From: an uncultured Candidatus Saccharibacteria bacterium
GTDB lineage: Bacteria > Patescibacteriota > Minisyncoccia > Phycocordibacterales > UBA9973
Length of the DNA: 55,285 nucleotides
Direction of reading: 5' to 3'
Assembly: GCA_964498035.1 (NCBI GenBank)
Contig: CAZCFW010000001.1
Span: forward strand, 1-55,285
Part shown: positions 52,394 through 55,285 of the stretch, one piece after another
Layout: every line of letters starts with the position of its first letter
How positions within the stretch are numbered: position 1 is the stretch's first letter
Position numbers and translations under genes: made by a program
Notes under the pieces: model-generated
Database searches by the model: none
What the model saw: the letters and a program-made list of their open reading frames with translations, nothing else
What the model was told of the DNA's origin: nothing

Positions 52394-53287
52394 TTATTTT
52401 CCTTCTTCAACTAGTTTGTAAAATGTTTTGAGTTCTTCGAGTGCAACTTCTGTCTGCTTATCTTTAGGAACCTTGTCGACAGGACCAGATCCAGGAGGAT
52501 TTCCGTGCCAACGATAATCGTATTCAAATGGTGTTACTCCTTTACTTGCGATAGTTCTTGCAATGATACATGAAGGCTTGTCTGGAATAGCTTTTGCGCG
52601 GTTTATTGCATTGTTTATATCTTCCATGTTGTGGCCATCTATCTCTTCTGCATGCCAGCCGAATTCCTCATACTTCTTCACCATGTCTCCAAGTGGAAGA
52701 ATGTCTTCTGTGTTGCCATCGATCTGAATATGATTGCGATCAACAATTCCTATTAGGTTTCCGAGCTTTTCTTTACCTGCTAGCATCACTGCTTCCCAGA
52801 TGTTTCCTTCATCATGCTCACCATCACCCATCACACAGTAGAAGAACTTCCCAGAATTTTTGCCGTGATCCATATTCTCAGCTATTGCCATGCCCACTGC
52901 TTGTGAGAGTCCTGATCCAAGTGGTCCTGAAGAAGTTTCCACCATTGGTAAGAATTCGCGGTGTGGGTGTCCTTGAAGGCGTGAACCGAATTTTCTTAGT
53001 GTAAGTAATTCGGGTACTGGGAAATATCCAGAGTGAGCCATTGCAGAATAAAGCACAGGGCAGATGTGACCTGCAGAAAGTACTAGCCTATCGCGACCTT
53101 CCCAGAAAGGCTCTTTAGGATTGTGATTTAATTGATGGAAATAAAGTACAGCAAATACATCTGCCATATCAAGAGGTCCTGCAGTGTGGCCACTCTTCGC
53201 CTCTGTAAGCATTTCGATAATACTGATACGGATTTTCGTCGCTAGTAATTTGAGTGTTTTGATTTTTTCGTCTGTAAGATTTTCCAT
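52394..53287 (-). CDS. Transketolase, N-terminal section (TPP-binding)
   Basis: GH.G..L...D........NP..P.W..RDR.VLS.GH and GDG...EG..WEA motifs. Confidence 0.9.
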   Translation of the reverse strand: MENLTDEKIKTLKLLATKIRISIIEMLTEAKSGHTAGPLDMADVFAVLYFHQLNHNPKEPFWEGRDRLVLSAGHICPVLYSAMAHSGYFPVPELLTLRKFGSRLQGHPHREFLPMVETSSGPLGSGLSQAVGMAIAENMDHGKNSGKFFYCVMGDGEHDEGNIWEAVMLAGKEKLGNLIGIVDRNHIQIDGNTEDILPLGDMVKKYEEFGWHAEEIDGHNMEDINNAINRAKAIPDKPSCIIARTIASKGVTPFEYDYRWHGNPPGSGPVDKVPKDKQTEVALEELKTFYKLVEEGK

Positions 53288-53291
53288 ATAA

Positions 53292-54002
53292 TTATAAATT
53301 TTGAAATTCGTGATAAGTTTCGACTATATCCTCACTTTTTAGTAATGCACTTCCTACTACAAGCTTCGATACTCCACTCTCTACTAATCTCGGGGCGGTC
53401 TCACTGTTCACACTACCGTCTACTGCTATTATTAAATCCGGATAATGCTTTCTTAAATACGATATATGATCGAAAACTCTTTCATCAAATGGCTGTCCTT
53501 GTACGCCAATCTTTGGTATTCCCATACACTGTACGAAATCTATGTATGTTATTAGGGGCTCGATAGTCTTGATAGGTGTGGTAGTGTTTATAGCTATTCC
53601 GATTTGAACTGTGTCGCGTGTATAAGGATCCATAGCTTCGAGGAATTCTCTAAATTCTTCTAGATTACTCTCTGCCTCAACCTGAAATACTACACTTTTC
53701 GGACCTAGCTTCAGAAATGTACTCCAGTGTTTACTCCCATCTTTAACCATAAAATGAAATTCATAATCAATTTCTTCCCAAAATGGCATACCCTCCTCTT
53801 CGTTTAAAATCTTTAGGAAATTGTAATCAATTAAATTACCTTCTTTATCTATACCTTCAGCATATGGCCAAGTTTTTGATGGTACAAATATTCCATCACA
53901 AAAATCAATCTGCACGATCCTAGCTAAGCCTAGTACACTCTCCACATGATCTTTCATCTCACCATAACTCTTATCTAAGATTGCAGGTATTACTTCTGTC
54001 AT
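53292..54002 (-). CDS. Divergent ribulose-phosphate 3-epimerase-like TIM-barrel protein
   Basis: IPAIL, IDFCDGIFVP, FHFMV, GVQGQPF, AVDGSVN and VVGSAL blocks appear in Rpe order. Several canonical residues differ (for example Q-I-D instead of H-x-D), and there is an insertion after strand 2. Confidence 0.6.
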   Translation of the reverse strand: MTEVIPAILDKSYGEMKDHVESVLGLARIVQIDFCDGIFVPSKTWPYAEGIDKEGNLIDYNFLKILNEEEGMPFWEEIDYEFHFMVKDGSKHWSTFLKLGPKSVVFQVEAESNLEEFREFLEAMDPYTRDTVQIGIAINTTTPIKTIEPLITYIDFVQCMGIPKIGVQGQPFDERVFDHISYLRKHYPDLIIAVDGSVNSETAPRLVESGVSKLVVGSALLKSEDIVETYHEFQNL

Positions 54003-54005
54003 ATA

Positions 54006-54500
54006 TTATTTATTATCTATTTTATTAATTCTTCTTTCGTGCCTTTCAACTTTTTTCCACTCTATACTTAAGAAAATCTTTATTGCTTCTTTCATTTCTT
54101 CTACTGTGAGGAAACGTGTTCCAAAAGAAATAATATTTGCATTATTGTGCTCGCGAGCAAGCTTCACTATCTCATATGGGTCAGTGGATAGATTGCCTTC
54201 AATATCCACAGCACCCTTAGCGAGTACTCCTCCATAGAAGACTGCTGCACGCACACCAGGCACTCTGTTTGCAGTTATAGCCTCACCTTGGCCTGAGCCA
54301 CCAAATATTACGCCAAAACTACCCTGATCGCTAGCCACAGCCTCCGCGCATGGGCGTATGAAGTCTGGGTAATCATCGTCCTTATCATAAAGAAAAGGCC
54401 CTTTATCTATAGCCTCATATCCTAGCGAGTTTATATATATCATTAATTCTTTCTTAAGTTCAAAGCCTGTGTGGTCAGATGCGATATATACGTTTTTCAT
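54006..54500 (-). CDS. rpiB: Ribose-5-phosphate isomerase B (RpiB/LacAB family)
   Basis: IASDHTGFELK and G..FGGSGQGEAITANR..GVRAA motifs. Confidence 0.9.
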   Translation of the reverse strand: MKNVYIASDHTGFELKKELMIYINSLGYEAIDKGPFLYDKDDDYPDFIRPCAEAVASDQGSFGVIFGGSGQGEAITANRVPGVRAAVFYGGVLAKGAVDIEGNLSTDPYEIVKLAREHNNANIISFGTRFLTVEEMKEAIKIFLSIEWKKVERHERRINKIDNK

Positions 54501-54507
54501 ATTTTAG

Positions 54508-54516
54508 ATTATATCA
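54508..54516 (-). promoter_or_regulatory. Extended -10 box TGATATAAT (minus), 7 nt upstream of ATG 54500
   Basis: Reverse complement of ATTATATCA. Confidence 0.55.
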
Positions 54517-54542
54517 AATTCAATAATAATTGCCATTCAACA

Positions 54543-54875
54543 TTAATTTGTCCTCACCTCATTCTCTGGAAGTACTATGTCTTGCCCTCCTTTATCTATA
54601 GGTATTTGAGTTGGTAATACAGGTATACTAAGGTCGGGCAATTTAGGCATAGAGAAAGTGCTAAATAGTGATGCAGTATCAATATTGGCTTTAGGCACTA
54701 ATTTTTGAAAACTAGTTTTTATATATGAAATATTTTTTTGAAATTGTGGAGAATTTATAAAAGAATCTAAATCTACCCAGAAAAGTACATAAATTAATCC
54801 GGCGATTACAAGAATTGGTAAGATGTTTAATCTTGAGCGATGACTAGGCTCACTATGTGTATGTATTTCTTCCAT
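54543..54875 (-). CDS. Hypothetical membrane-anchored protein (110 aa)
   Basis: One TM segment (LNILPILVIAGLIYVLFWV). TATAAT lies 6 nt upstream of the ATG. Confidence 0.4.
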   Translation of the reverse strand: MEEIHTHSEPSHRSRLNILPILVIAGLIYVLFWVDLDSFINSPQFQKNISYIKTSFQKLVPKANIDTASLFSTFSMPKLPDLSIPVLPTQIPIDKGGQDIVLPENEVRTN

Positions 54876-54887
54876 AAATATATTATA

Positions 54888-55285
54888 CTACATTTCCTTA
54901 TCAGGTGCGAAATTTATAATTTTACCCTGCGAATGCTCTCTAATTAGTCTTTTTATTTCATCTTTATCGTTTAGCTTTATAAGCACTTCAAGAGCTTTAG
55001 GATCTGAATGACTTATAATATGCCCCAAGATGTCCACAAAAGTTTTTATAATCATAAATATAATTACACCAATTGTAGATGTAAGTAAGATTGTATCATT
55101 AGATAATGGCATATACGTACTACTAATTATATCAAGTATAAAACCGACACAAAACATAAACGGCATACCTATGAGTAGGAAAATATGAATAGGTACTGTT
55201 CGGATATGTATAGAAGTTGTAAATTGTTTGAATAATATCGGATACTGTCGCCCATTTCTGTAGTAAGTCAGAAAAGAGATTATAT
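54888..55285 (-). CDS. Hypothetical membrane protein, 5' end probably outside the window
   Basis: The reading frame of ORF 54888-55166 stays open with no stop all the way to the window end. Contains hydrophobic segments. Confidence 0.35.
   Translation of the reverse strand, partial: IISFLTYYRNGRQYPILFKQFTTSIHIRTVPIHIFLLIGMPFMFCVGFILDIISSTYMPLSNDTILLTSTIGVIIFMIIKTFVDILGHIISHSDPKALEVLIKLNDKDEIKRLIREHSQGKIINFAPDKEM

Overview
This is a 55.3-kb, AT-rich, densely packed bacterial chromosomal segment with no rRNA genes, CRISPR array, transposase or integrase. All coordinates and motif calls were derived by hand from the sequence and ORF track; nothing was searched against a database.

Gene content:
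- Mostly housekeeping genes: an F-type ATP synthase operon on the minus strand (atpI-like, B, E, F, H, A, G, D, C).
- Ribosomal proteins L27, L9, L31 and L25, plus RF1, EngB, RsmI, TrhO and two SpoU/TrmH methyltransferases.
- A P-type cation ATPase.
- A non-oxidative pentose-phosphate cluster: RpiB, an Rpe-like protein, a split transketolase and a PfkB kinase.
- A LexA/UmuD-like/UmuC-like SOS cassette, and many small or unknown membrane proteins.
- The repertoire (split transketolase, SWIB and CxxC-x17-CxxC proteins, little biosynthesis) suggests a small-genome Patescibacteria/CPR-type organism. This is inference only.

Observations most worth a second look:
1. A tRNA-Ile(GAU) gene sits inside a second copy of itself. 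The outer copy is interrupted exactly at the canonical 37/38 intron position, and the insert carries mutually complementary arms (36146-36397).
2. At least 16 first-in-operon genes have an extended -10 box (TGnTAnnAT) only 6-8 nt upstream of the ATG. I saw no Shine-Dalgarno motifs, which implies mostly leaderless mRNAs.
3. Five copies of a palindromic element (core AACATTCTGGTATTC...GAATACCAGAATGTT) separate small genes of sharply alternating G+C content, just downstream of a type I R-M tail and a GIY-YIG gene (1204-3223).
4. Two unknown ORFs are wedged between the F1 genes of the ATP synthase operon. A consensus promoter, a 48-aa hydrophobic ORF and a terminator lie on the opposite strand in an unusual 256-nt atpD-atpC gap.
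5. The SOS cassette has a 20-nt palindromic operator in its promoter and a UmuD-like gene that natively lacks the self-cleaved pro-segment.
6. A 1489-aa protein of 14 Fn3-like modules carries a Bacteroidota-style T9SS sorting tail. A nearby gene encodes an outer-membrane-barrel-like protein. Both are odd for the inferred lineage.
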